Shown: positions 1 through 13,170 of the stretch, in pieces
How positions within the stretch are numbered: position 1 is the stretch's first letter
Layout: every line of letters starts with the position of its first letter
Assembly (NCBI GenBank): GCA_951406725.2
Contig: OX597818.1
Coordinates: 8,060,001 to 8,124,000, forward strand
Reading direction: 5' to 3'
Length of the DNA: 64,000 bases
From: Octopus vulgaris
Lineage: Eukaryota
Translations under genes and position numbers: made by a program
The notes under the pieces: generated by a model
Seen by the model: the letters and a program-made list of their open reading frames with translations, nothing else
What the model was told of the DNA's origin: nothing
Database searches by the model: none

Positions 1-107
1 CGTGTCTGTGGATTGCTCAGCCACTTACTCGTTAATTTCACGAGCAGGCTGTTCCGTTGATTCGGATCAACCGGAACCCTCGTCGTCGTAACCGACGGAG
101 TGCTTCC
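1..107 (+). mobile_element. 3' part of a tRNA-derived SINE, same family as 1781-2090
   Basis: GGCTGTTCCGTTGATTCGGATCAACCGGAACCCTCGTCGTCGTAACCGACGG is the reverse complement, with substitutions, of 1786-1836. Confidence 0.75.
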
Positions 108-284
108 AATCCAATTATTGTAAATGTGCATGAAACTCTTCGAACAGCAATTTCCCAACTCTTTAGAGAAAGCGATATGCCATTGAGAATTATGGAATAT
201 AGAACCTACTTTGACAGTCTGCCGCAAATCTTATAAAAAGAAGACAATAACAGCAACTGAAATACGAGAAGTATTCAGTGGCTG

Positions 285-630
285 TGCTTGGAACAAATAA
301 CCCGGGGTGGATGGGGTACCACATGACTTTTATGGTTATATACGAGAGCGGATTTTTGACCTCTTGGCAAACATCTATCACAAGTGGCAACAAATTGGGA
401 GAATTCCTAGGTCTGTGAGTCGAGGTGTATTAACTTTCCTGAGAAAGGATGCCAATATACGGGATAGCGTAGACAATTTCTGGGTGATAATCATGCTAAA
501 GGAAGAGTTTAAAATATTGATGTAAGTGTTAGCGAAGAAGCTGGAGCTTGTTGTGGACACTTTTATAAGAGAAACTCAAATATGTGCGATCTCCAATAAA
601 TACATCTACAACAAGCTCCGTCTCATTCGT
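285..630 (+). mobile_element. L1/Tx1-clade reverse transcriptase fragment (decayed)
   Basis: Translation PGVDGVPHDFY...DLLANIYHKWQQIGRIPRSVSRGVLTFLRKD...EFKILM*VLAKKL matches the N-terminal RT motifs and aligns with 15940-16260. Confidence 0.85.
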
Positions 631-1194
631 CCAGTGCCAAACACAAGACTGGATTCAACCGAAAACATAGCTCCATAAAAAAATAAACATTGGACGTTTC
701 TAAATATTAAATCTCATATTGCAATGGGGAAAAACAACGATGTAAATAAAAAATAGAAAAAAATGACACGATAAAATGTTATGGGAGATACAACTGCTGT
801 GAACAAAACGCATTTATTTAGGACATCATCACTGAAACCACGTACCAAACACAGATAGAACCACAACAACTACATGACCAACACCAACACAATAGCAACA
901 TACACTTCATTATGAGAATATACATACAGAAGGAAGAGCAACAGAAAAATACAAACGCAGCATTGACAAGACACACTTACTCGCAAATTTGTGAGGATAA
1001 AAACGCACGAACAAGGAAAAAACTGATACGCATTATCGCACAAGAGGAAAGCATTGAAACAGACAGAGAATTCGTCATGTCTAGCTCTTTGAAACTCCCA
1101 CAAATTTTGCAAAATTAAGCAAGACTACGACTTCAGACACATTCACTTAGCACACATTTTCGGTAATTTTTTAGATTTTCGCATCTTTTATACA

Positions 1195-2250
1195 GTCAAG
1201 AGTGGGAGAAGGATGGGGATGCTGTTTCTGAAAGCCTGGGACTGGGCATGGTGACAACATGTTGGTGTTCTTGGACATGAACTGAGGCGGTGCCTTTAGA
1301 CTTGCCAACATTTACGTTCTGCCTGGGAAGAAGAGGTAGCCGGATTCCCTCAGATGTTTTGACGTTTACCTTGGGATGATCGACTCTTTATTGCTTGTGG
1401 TTGAATGGAAAGCCATCATAGATGCACATCTGGATTGCGTGATGCTAACCGATAAGGGAGAGGTGTAAAGAAACACGGCAAACCTGCTCAATCCATTCCA
1501 ACTAGCTAATAGGTACCGACTGTATTTCCCAAATATGCGAATGGGGCATTAGCAAATAGCATCGAGTAATACCTTGATAGAGTGTTTTGTAAGCCAGTAA
1601 ACAGAAGTAGCATAGGTTGTTCACAATTCAAAGTTAACTATACAGACACACAAATCCCTGATTAGTGATATGTACATCTTAGAAAGGCAGCATAAACAGA
1701 GACAGTGTTACTTCAAAGAGTAAAAGTAGAAATTGTCAAGAGGGAATTGATGGGGTCAATCGACAATAACCGACAATATAGCACACCGTCGGTTACAACA
1801 ATGAGGATTTCGGTTGATCCGATCAACGGAACAGCCTCCTAGTTAAATCAATGTGCATATTGCTGAGCACTTTACAATCACGTGTACCATGAACGGAGTT
1901 CTCGGAGTGATTCAGCGTGATTAGGCTGGCTGTTTGAAATACAGGTAGTATTCATGTTTGCCAGCTGATTGGACTGGAGCAACGTGAATAAAAGTGCCTT
2001 GCTGAAGAACACAATCCGTCGCCGGAAATTGAACTTAGGATCCTGCTACCGTGAGTCGAATACCCTAACCACTATTCCACGCACCTACCTTGACCAACAA
2101 TATATAACCGTGAAAAGCCAATTGGAAAGATTTGATAATGTGGAGTTAGAAAATATTGATAAAGAATTATAAAGTTGAAAGAGAAAGAGAGCGTGTAGTC
2201 GAGAAGACGCGTTTAAGGAGGACGTTGACAGTGATGTACTGGCGACATGA
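1195..2250 (+). mobile_element. L1/Tx1-clade endonuclease-region fragment (decayed), interrupted by a SINE at 1781-2090
   Basis: Nucleotide similarity to 14830-15590, e.g. TGGGGTCAATCGACAATAAC vs TGGGACAATCGTCAACAAC; similarity resumes after the SINE. Confidence 0.6.
1781..2090 (-). mobile_element. tRNA-derived SINE with probable 14-bp target-site duplication
   Basis: Minus-strand head TAGTGGTTAGG (A box) ... AGTTCAATTTC (B-box-like); flanks TAACCGACAATATA (1767-1780) and TGACCAACAATATA (2091-2104), 12/14 identical. Confidence 0.8.
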
Positions 2251-2289
2251 TTGTTGTAATTGGAAAGTATGTCACACATATTTACAAGT

Positions 2290-3245
2290 ACTGTGATTTA
2301 TATTAATGTTGAGAATACTCATTGAGTGCTTGTCAATGCCATTTTTCAAAGAATTCCCGGAGATGTATTTCACGATGCACGTTGCTAAGTTGTTATTCAC
2401 ATCCTTTTTATCATTATAGTTAACTGTTTCTATTGCAATATACCACATTTTTTAAACTTAGATTTTCAAATCCCTCTACCGAAACAATTTTAACTGATGT
2501 TATATTCGTATCAAATAATTTGCAGTTCATATAATTTTTGTCGTATCTGCTTATATTTCCCGGTCTGTGCACACCATGATATTCCAAAATGGCGTTATAT
2601 TATCCCATTCTATTACTGCTTCTATTTGCTCTTCATACATATGAATGGTGTTTTCATTTTATCCTGGATGCATAGATTATTATACATGTATTCACCTATA
2701 TCTCCATTGCGATTCTCATACCCATTTAGTGTCACTACGGTACACGATGAACTAATAATGTCTTGTTTTATGGTATAGGTCACAGAACATAGATTCTTCC
2801 CTTTGTAATAGGTGAGGTTCATAGATTCTGATAATTAAGTTTTGAGTCTTAATTTTGAATTCAATGCTGAACTTCTCAGCCACTGACGATTTGTTTTATC
2901 TACATCGATAAATATCGCTTTGGAGTACATATTTTCTATGTAAATTTTTTTTTACATTGACACTGTAAGTTCATCATCTATTATTGTCGGTAAGTACTTG
3001 ATATTAACCTGCACAACAGTAAATTGTTCATGTTGCTCATGTATATCAAGGTTATATTGAGATTAGTAGTATGTGTACGTTATGTTTTTTTATTGTATTG
3101 AGGATTTAGAATTCTTTGAGGTCTAAAACCTATTGAAACAATATTCTATGAAATCAAGGTAGTTAAACTTCCGAAGTATTGTTGTGGTACTTTCTGGTAA
3201 GCAGGTTTTCGCATTATGCTAGTATGAACTGCATTTCCCATCTTT
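2290..3245 (-). mobile_element. Highly decayed R4/Dong retrotransposon 3' region
   Basis: Minus-strand peptides DVDKTNRQWLRSSALNS and SSCTVVTLNGYENRNGDIGEYMYNNLC parallel DVDQATTHQWLKSSGLK and SGCPVLTPNEYKNRHDRVGQYIHWKIC of the 47000-48031 ORF; 5' end abuts (ATT)n at 3247-3268. Confidence 0.7.
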
Positions 3246-3451
3246 TTCATTATTATTATTATTATCATTCAAAATTCAAGACGGTGAGATAGCAGAATTA
3301 TTTGAGTTCGAACTTTCCTTTTCATCCTTTTGCGGGTGATAAAATATGTATCGTTTGAAGACAGGGGCCAGTGGAATCGATTTCTCCATCCGATTGAAAG
3401 TGATGACATTGTGCTGAAATCAGAAAAATATATTGTTACTCTTGTTCTCAA

Positions 3452-3680
3452 TCTACCTCCTCTTCCTCCATAACTTCTACTCTCCTCCTCCTCCCCACTT
3501 CTCAGCCTCCTCCCCACGTAACCGCCTTGGCCTAGTTTTCTTTCTTCTTCCTCTTCTCCATCTTCTTGTACATGTCCTTCTTCTTCTTCTTCTTCCCCCT
3601 TCTCCCCACTCTCCTTCTTCCACCTACTTCCCACTCTTACTCCTCCCCTCCCCTCCCCCTCCTCCTTCCCCTCTTCGAGT
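3452..3680. repeat. Polypyrimidine (CCT/CTT) low-complexity tract
   Basis: Direct inspection. Confidence 0.85.
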
Positions 3681-3768
3681 CCTGGATTCATTGTAGCCAA
3701 TTATGCCCCACCCCCAAATCTGAGGCCTTGTGCCTCTAGTAGAAAAGATTAATTTTATTGTCATTATT

Positions 3769-3995
3769 TATAACCTTTTGCACAGATTCTAACGCTGGTG
3801 ATTACTACGGTGTCTGATCTTCACTACCAGTAAACTACGGTAACACCCCTTATTTTTCGAGCACCATCCGTGGTATTCGAGCGGTTCCAAGCAGTGCTGT
3901 TTTCTGCAAGTGCTCCATCATTATTGCAGTTCCTATTTGTGCTATGTACTTCTCAAGATTTTTACTCACTGTTCCCAAGGCCCCGACAATCATTG
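3769..3995 (-). mobile_element. 5'-truncated R4/Dong 3' end (subfamily B)
   Basis: IVGALGTVSKNLEKY...EHLQKTALLGTARIPRMVLEK*; closely similar to 42694-42955; abuts (ATT)n. Confidence 0.85.
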
Positions 3996-4163
<168 letters not shown>

Positions 4164-5816
4164 GCTAGCAATGTCTCCCAGCGTTGCCCGAGAGGTATGA
4201 CCTAGAAGCACATTGTATTATTTGCTCCTTTCTTATGAGTACAGCTATTATATAGTTAATGGAATAATGTAAGTTATTTTTTGTTTCATAGTGAAGGGTG
4301 AGAGTACATTTTGTATGGGTTTATTTGAAAGTATTTTCTGTTCCTATATTTTTTCATCACATCGTCCACCCATCACATACCAGCTTTCAAAAAGCCAAAA
4401 TCTCCCAATCTTTCACTTTTGTCTCCTGTTTCTCGCATGCGTAGAATCCTACTGAAAAAGTAGACTTAATCTCCTGTATCGCAGACATAGGGATTGGACG
4501 AAATTTTGGAAGACAAAAATGAAATAAAGTGGGTAGGACGGAAATGTCACCTCGGACATCCTAAAAAGAAGAGGTAAAGGACAGGATTTCTGGGAAAACT
4601 TCCTTTTAAGTTTATATCGAAAATCAGGTTTTTAAATACGCTCATCACGAACACAAACTACACAATGGAAAACGATCATTTCAATTGGGGTTTGAGCTGT
4701 AAATTTGCAGATGCACACTGCAAGAATTAACATAATTCGCACAGAAGTTTTACCTAGAGTGTGTGTATGCATGCGTGTGTGTGAAAGGAAGTTATTTTAT
4801 AGCATTTTCTCATTTGAAGAAGCAAAGTTGTCAACTCGAAATATAGGGATCATATGATTGTTCGTTAATTTCCCTAAAATTGTTTAAATTTCTCTATGGT
4901 TTGGAGAAAGAATTTGAGGGAGAGGATAAAATGAAAAGGTGACATTTGCTTTGAAGTGAGAGGAGAAAGTGTAAAGTGTACGTGTATATGAAATGGACGT
5001 GTGTGTGTGTGTGAGAGAGAGAGAGTGATTGTGAAAGAGTGAGTGAGTGAGCGAGGGAAGGTGTGTGTTGTGATGTATAAATGTCATTGCAAGTATGTGC
5101 AAATGGCACTCATTCACTCTCTCTTTCTCTCTCTGTCATTATCTTTCACATACACATACATAAATAGGCGGAGGTAAAGAATACGCAGACCACCCATTTT
5201 CGGCGTATTTTTGACCTTCGCCTATAAATACATATGCATACATCTTTTTTGTGCGTGAGACAGAGAGAGAGAAATATTGTATTTCCTCGTAACATACAGA
5301 AACATTTATATCATTTAATGCAATTTATTTTGGTTGTGGCTTATTTTAATACTATATTTCTGTGTACATTTTCATGTTTGTCTGAGTAGAATTCTACGCA
5401 TGTGTGAAACACCGGACGAAAGTGATGCATTAGAAGCAAATCAAAATAATGCCCGAAAATGAACACAAAATTGTGCGACCCAACTTAGTTGTAAAATAGA
5501 GTTGTTGAGTCAAAAACATAGTTTATTTGGTAGTTTATTTGATATATAATAAGCAACTTTCTTTATTGTAATACACATGTGACTAATTCGGAGAAACATT
5601 ACTTTCATTATTCACACATCGTCACTCTCGTAAAGCAACACTTTATAATTTTGGTTCAGATTGAAAGTGTGAAACTATTTTCATTTTGTAATGAAGCCTG
5701 GTCGTTTTATAGAAAGGCATTTGAAATAACAATAGGTGGTTTTTGAGATAACGTAGAAGATATTCAAATGAAAATAAAGTTTATTTAATATGTGTAATTG
5801 ATTTGATTTCTCTGGA

Positions 5817-6006
5817 AGGCGGCGAGCTGGCAAGCCGGACAAAATTCTTGAGCGGTATTTCACCTGTTCAAATGCTATCGGGGTCAACTTTGCCTTCATC
5901 CTTTCACGATCGATGAATTATGTACCTGTGAGACACTGGGGTCGATGTAATCGACTGATCTCCTCCCCGCGAAACTTCAGGCCTTGTGTCTATAATAGAA
6001 AGGATT
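5817..6006 (+). mobile_element. SINE family 2 (GGCGGCGAGCTGGCA head; Meta/MESC-like core CTTTGCCTTTCATCCTTTCGGGGTCGATAAA)
   Basis: Similar to copies at 7393, 25790, 42437 and 58604. Confidence 0.8.
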
Positions 6007-6049
6007 TGATTATTCTGGTCTTAACAACAGTTGGTAAAAATAGAAGTCA

Positions 6050-6285
6050 TTTGACTACACTCTTTTGTTTGTAACTAGCTTCAATCCGAAGAATATTGAA
6101 ATAATACCCATCTTGTCCATTCCACAGAATAAGATTACACTGGAGAGCATCATAAGAGGGATGAGTCTGTGAAACACGTTTGAGGTTGTTATCTTTAACA
6201 CGAATGAGAATATCATGATTTTCATGGGGATCACCAACCATAAGGATGGCTACTTCATTAGATGTGGGCTCATTAAAATAGCGTA
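6050..6285 (-). pseudogene. Helitron Rep/helicase fragment
   Basis: YFNEPTSNEVAILMVGD...DILIRVKDNNLKRVSQTHPSYDALQCNLILWNGQDGYYFNI matches the Helitron NxPT.xEVA...HxSYDALQYPL...GxDGY motif. Confidence 0.88.
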
Positions 6286-7392
6286 AAATTATTTACTATA
6301 GTTTACTATAGACGTAAAGAACGCAGAAACATACACACACATACACACATTGAATAATATTGAAAACAGGAAAACATACACACATGAAGTTCAAGCAAAA
6401 CAACTGTAGTCATTATAGGTGCAAAACATACTTTCTGTAGCACAGTTAAGCTATAACAAAATGGAAAGTCACCAATTTATCAAAAGTTAGTATGCGTCAC
6501 CAATGTAAGAAAGTACAGAAATCAACATACATTTGGAACATATACTAAACTTTATAAAATTCACGATTGAATGAATGTCACGATAAAGAAAGTGCAAGTC
6601 CAAGAAGATTCAGAAGGCATAATTCAATTTTACATACAAAAATATTTTATTTGATAGTTTTGAATTGAATGCTGAACAAAGTGAATAAAAAGAAGATGCT
6701 GTTTTTGATCTGGGTAACATTATAGGCTGTAAACTTCAATATCAGCGCGTTTCACTGTTGGGGAATGGAAAGTTACATACATAAACTAAGAGACACACAT
6801 ACGTACATTAACGCACACGTGAAGACTATCTCTGTCCCTCTGTGTGTCTGTCTCTGTCTTTATTTAGTGTTTTCTTCATATAAATCTTCAAAATATCGAG
6901 GATATTTTGTGTATGTCGATGCTATATTTATCACATCTCAAAACCAAATATTAGATGTTCATGTTGCTGTATGTGTGTGTGTATGTGTGTGTGTGTGAGT
7001 CGTCACAAAAATGTATGTATATTGAGAGACATATACACCGTCACACTCATATAGTTGTCAGTCATCGGTCTAACCTAGGCAACGAACGTGCGAACGTACG
7101 CATATAGAAAATGTGACGTCATCGCCATTATGGTAGTAATATAAATGTCGAAAAGTGACTAAAAGAAAAATGATAATGTTACATTTTTGTAATGCAATTA
7201 TGTGAATGACAATCTAGTTTAGTCGGTAGCCAAAAGCTTAGTGAATCTTTTGATACCCCTTACGTCAAAATCGGCAACTCGGTTTTGGAATGCATAAGGC
7301 ACATATGCATGCGCACTCGCACACACACGCACACACACACACATACAAACTCTCTTTTATAGTTTTAAATTATTATTATTGTTGTTATTATG

Positions 7393-7590
7393 AAGGCAGT
7401 GAGCTGGCAAAACCGTTAGCACGCCGGGAATGTACTGCGAAGCATTTCGTCCGAAGTTTAATTTCCGTTAGTGTTGACTTTGCATTTCTCCCTTTCGAGG
7501 TCGATAAAATAAGTACCAATTACACATTGTGGTCGGTGTAATCGGCGCTCCCCCTCCGCAAAGTTTCAGGCCTTTTGCCTATAGTAGAAA
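7393..7590 (+). mobile_element. SINE family 2
   Basis: AAGGCAGTGAGCTGGCAAAACCGTTAGCACGCCGGG head, core and CAGGCCTT..GCCTATAGTAGAAA tail, followed by (AAT)n. Confidence 0.82.
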
Positions 7591-7604
7591 TAATAATAGT
7601 AATA

Positions 7605-7664
<60 letters not shown>

Positions 7665-7665
7665 G

Positions 7666-7702
<37 letters not shown>

Positions 7703-7750
7703 AATAATAATAATAATAATAAGAAGAAGAAGAAGAAGAAGAAGAAGAAT
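7588..7750. repeat. Compound (AAT)n(GAT)n(AAT)n(AAG)n microsatellite
   Basis: Direct inspection. Confidence 0.97.
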
Positions 7751-7821
7751 ATTTTTAAAAAGGATTGACGTAGCTCTTCACAAAGGTAAACAGTCAAGAC
7801 GAAGAGTGCGATTAAAATTGT

Positions 7822-8212
7822 CTATGATCTGGGTATCTCCTTCTTTCCTTTAAAAAGAGCCAATAATGATACATTAGTTACTGTCACGATCTTAATACGG
7901 ACACCAGGAATATCACCAACGGCATGACCCTTTCGACCAAAACCAGCCACCAAGCTTCATCCCTTTACTCAATGAAATTTAAACAAATATCATTAGGTAC
8001 GAAGGCTGTGATCGTTTTACCATTCTTTATGAGCTGTACTCTCACACATTTTCTGATAGCTGAGTTAGGCTGTTTGGTTTCAACACCAACATTTTCTAAA
8101 ACGATTCCCTTAGCATGGGAAGAACTGCCAAAAGGATTGGCTTTGTATCTGGTAACCAAATTTGCCTTTTTCTAGTCATTATCGTGCCATCTCTGTTTAC
8201 GGCGATGATTCA
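7822..8212 (-). pseudogene. RPS23: Processed pseudogene of 40S ribosomal protein S23 (uS12)
   Basis: [63 protein letters not shown]...[16 protein letters not shown]...[12 protein letters not shown]; intronless, in-frame stop at 8172-8174, disruption near 7960, N-terminus missing. Confidence 0.95.
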
Positions 8213-8371
8213 TATTTGAATGGCAAGAAATCAATGGGCCCGGATTGGGTTCAGCACTGGGGTCTAGCGAAACTAACATGGCCGACAAGCCAGCCGTGAG
8301 AAAGAATAAAACGCGATTTTCCTTAGACACCCGCCTGCTTTGGTGACTTCCAGAATTTCTGTATGTTCCAA

Positions 8372-8419
<48 letters not shown>

Positions 8420-8428
8420 CACCAACAA

Positions 8429-8509
<81 letters not shown>

Positions 8510-8549
8510 CATTATTATTATTATTGTTATTATTATTATTATTATTATT

Positions 8550-9020
8550 GAGTGAGAGAACAGTGCAGTCCATCAAGGTAACATTAGGGTAAAATATACG
8601 AAGCACAGTATGCACATTATGACTACCCGTCCGATAAGGGTACACCAGGCATATTCATCACAACAATATGTGCGTGTTATGGTGATCTCATATCAAGACA
8701 AACAGCATTTGACCTTGCGGGTGGGACCGAGATAGAATTTTCTGCAGGTGGAGTAGCACATCCCATTCAAATGATTCTTAAAAAGGATGTTAAACGAAAC
8801 ACCCTTGCTTGAAGAGGGGAATTATTCAAAACCAAAAGAGTTTCTTCCAACACATGACTATGATGCGCGCCAAATACTTTTGTTCGTAATCAGAGATGCA
8901 CATACCGTCAACCACCAAGGGACATGCTCGAATGGTTAAGGTCAATCAACTGACAAACAAATCTGAGATATTGAGCAGAATATTTGCTGTAGCCTATCTT
9001 ATATACCAAGAGAAAACAAC
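8550..9020 (-). mobile_element. Non-coding (TAA)n-associated element, diverged copy lacking about 75 bp of the inferred 5' end
   Basis: Colinear with 18114-18669; flanked by (ATT)n. Strand inferred from a (TAA)n tail. Confidence 0.88.
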
Positions 9021-9039
9021 TATTATTACCATTATTATT

Positions 9040-9592
9040 GAGTGAGAGAGCTGTGCATGCCATCTAAGTGAGACTGGCTAAAATATACGAAACCCAGTAT
9101 ACCCATCATGACTACTCGTCTGATAAGGGTACACCAGGCACCTCATGCATCACAATCATATGCACGAGACATGGTGATCTCATATCAAGATGAACAGCGC
9201 ATGACCTTGCAGGTGGGGTAGAATTTTGTCGAGTAGCCCATTCCGCTCAAAATGTCCCTGAATAAGGATTGTTGGATTGTTTAAGGATGTTGAACGAACC
9301 ACCCATGTTTCCAAAGATGAATTATCCAAACCTCCAAGAATACCGTTTAACACACGGCTGTGATACTCCCCCACTACTTCTGCTCGTGATCAGAGATGCA
9401 CATATCTTCAGCCACTAAGGGACATGGTCAACTGGTTAAGGTCAAACAAATGACAAGCAAATCTGTGGTATTAAGCAGAATATTTACTGTAGCCCATCTT
9501 TTATACAACACAAAACAACGTACATGATAACGCTTCTAATCAGTTAAGATCAGAAGCCACGAGAGCCACTGTCTCGTACTGGATCAGGGCAT
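9040..9592 (-). mobile_element. Non-coding (TAA)n-associated element, full-length copy
   Basis: GAGTGAGAGAG...TCAGGGCAT termini as in 18114-18669; flanked by ATT repeats. Confidence 0.9.
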
Positions 9593-9631
9593 AAATTATT
9601 GTTGTTGTAGTAGTAGTTGTTGTTGTTGTTG

Positions 9632-10735
<1,104 letters not shown>

Positions 10736-10744
10736 TAATTTTTA

Positions 10745-10824
<80 letters not shown>

Positions 10825-11320
10825 ATATCTTAGACTTTTACTTTGTATTTGTACAAGTTAAATCCAAGTCTCAACCAGAGATCTCAAGAAACAAGTGAGA
10901 AGTTCAAGTTTGTGTCATGCATAGGGTGCCAGATATTTGGTTTTGCACATAGTGTTTTTCTAGAGAATGTTAAAAAAAATATAAGTAAACTATAAATTTG
11001 TTCTTAAATTTGATATACCACCAAAAGTATTTTACGTAGGATATGGTCCCTTCCCATGAGCACTATCTTTTGAATTGCTGCCATTTCGGGGGTTTCCTTG
11101 TATCTGATTCAGCCCCTTTTGCTATCATTCCTAGGGCAACTATGACAACAGGTATTGTTTTAGTCTTCAGGTTCCAAATTTTGCCAGTTTCCATTTGAAG
11201 ATCTTTATATTTGCTCAATTTTTAGTAGGTCTTGGCAGATAAACTTATGTCGATTGGGACAGTCATATCAATGAAGAGGCATGACTTTTGTCTGAAATCT
11301 TTCAGTATGTTGTCTGGCCT
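10825..11320 (-). mobile_element. 5'-truncated R4/Dong 3' end (subfamily C), decayed
   Basis: RPDNILK...LFIDMTVPIDISLSAKTY...KYKDLQMETGKIWNLKTKTIPVVIVALG; colinear with 43000-43415. Confidence 0.88.
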
Positions 11321-11954
11321 ATGTATGTATGCCTGTACATACGCATGTATGTATGCCTGTACATGCGCATGTATGTATGCATGTATGTATGCATGAAGGT
11401 ATGCATGTATGTATGAATGTATGTATGTGTATGTATGTATGTATGTATATATGTATGCATGTATGCATAATTTTGGTTTGAAGGTTTGAAGTAATGTACC
11501 ACAATATTAAGCAACTATAATCCAAACTGTTAGCGTTCTACAATAGTATCAGAGGGGGTTCAAGGATTGTTGTCTTGAAAAATAGGTTAATGAATTATAA
11601 CATGAATGCTGAAAGAGGTATTTAGAATTTTCTGTATGATTTATAGCATTTCTTTCACAACGACATATCACAGGTGAATGATAACTTATAATATAACTGG
11701 ATGATAACAGAATATTAGGACACGATGATATTAACTATACTATATATTATTGAAATGATGAAAGGTAAGGCAACTGAAAATAACATCATTGATGTTTATC
11801 GAAACAAGAGAAATTCTTCCAAAAGAGTTTGTGTGTTAACTTTTTCATGACATCTTTTAAAATTAAAATACATTTCCACGTGGAAACAATCACAAGATTC
11901 ATCGGATTTAGTAAAATAAGAAAGTTTCCATAATTAAACCTGTGTAGGGTAAAA

Positions 11955-12160
11955 ATATTAGCAACACCGTTGGTGTGTCGAACAAAATAATATACTATTT
12001 TTCTTTCGGATCTTTATGCTTTCACTTCACATTTTAGTCAAGGTCAACATCGCCTTTCAACCACTCGTGGTCAAAGAATTATAATATCAGTCAGATGCTG
12101 GTGATGGTGATATCAGCCAAGTCCCTCTACAAAATTTTGAGCCTAGCATTTGTTAAAAAC
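11955..12160 (+). mobile_element. SINE family 2, old copy
   Basis: Degenerate core AGGTCAACATCGCCTTTCAACCACTCGTGGTCAAAG and tail. Confidence 0.5.
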
Positions 12161-12589
12161 AATTAATGAGTCTGTCTTTCAAACAGACATATACTTCTTT
12201 CACACAAATTGGAATTGGGGAGTTTTCTTTAAATACGATTGCTTTAAAGCAAGAGTTGTTTTATTTTTGTCTTTCAAAAATTCAGAGGCTCTCTTAAGCG
12301 GTTCGTGTCGGAAGTGTTAAATAACATAATGCTCAGCTTCGGCACAAATCTTAAACAATCAAACCTGTTGAAATGATAACGTGGTTTATTTGATAGATAT
12401 ACATTGTTCTGCTTTCTTTGGTTGGAGAGGAGGAATAACTGCTTTGTTTTGCTTCGTTCTTACATTGATCATAACCTGTATGATTCAATTGTGAAAATGG
12501 CAATTTCTTTTTGTGTATTAGCAATAATACTATTAGATTTGCTGTTTGGGATCGTAAAATGAAGAATTCCATTGGTCAGCATGACATTG

Positions 12590-13170
12590 GAAGAGAAACT
12601 GATAATATATTGTTTCTGTATCAGTCATGTCAGGAATTTCATTTCATGCATTGTCATTCATGATTTCTACAGAAGCATGAATAGACTACTTCCTGAATAC
12701 AATCTTCACTGTATTGTTGCCATCTATAGAAATGTCAAACATGAACAGTTTGGAAAAGTATGTGAATAGGAAATACGGAGTTTACTACCATTTTATCATG
12801 CCTAATTCTATGAGAATGTCAGTTGTGAATTATAAACTATAACACGGCTGCTCCGTGTTTAATGTCTTAAATTTCAAGCATTCTAATTTGGTAAATTCAT
12901 CTTAAACATTCTGTGCTTTCTAGAGATTGTAAATTTTGTGGGATTCAGCTAGCGTGGGTTACAGTCCCATATTCAAAATTTGGTACAGTGCAGTACCTTC
13001 ATTTAGCATCTGAGGGTATCAATGTCTCATTGCAAACTTCATAATAATGGTTTGATTGCATTCTCATGCTGAGAAGATATTGCGAAGCCTGATATTGAAA
13101 TGGTCATCATTCATCATTCCTTTTATCACATTTTCTGTGAAATCCAGCATCCTGAAACCTTACCTTGCCG
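12590..13170 (-). mobile_element. Possible CR1/L2-type LINE C-terminal relic
   Basis: Minus-strand YCTVPNFEYGTV...QNLQSLES resembles the CR1 motif Y.xLV.PxLEY...I..LE; heavily decayed. Confidence 0.35.

Larger units (their letters stand above)
4165..7368 (-). mobile_element. Internally deleted, decayed Helitron
   Basis: Minus-strand 3' end: hairpin TCTCGGGCAACGCTGGGAGA then CTAG (4165-4168). Helitron-style 5' end ACTATAAAAGAGAGTTTGTATG(TG)n...AAAACCGAGTTGCCGATTTTGACG near 7260-7368. Internal Rep fragment on the same strand. Confidence 0.65.

Noticed and set aside
780-1120. Possible Penelope GIY-YIG C-terminal remnant (ALTRH...RTRKKL)
   Set aside because: Resemblance too weak to call without a profile search
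3269-3700. 143-aa Glu/Gly-rich ORF
   Set aside because: Derived from a polypurine low-complexity tract; no domain signal
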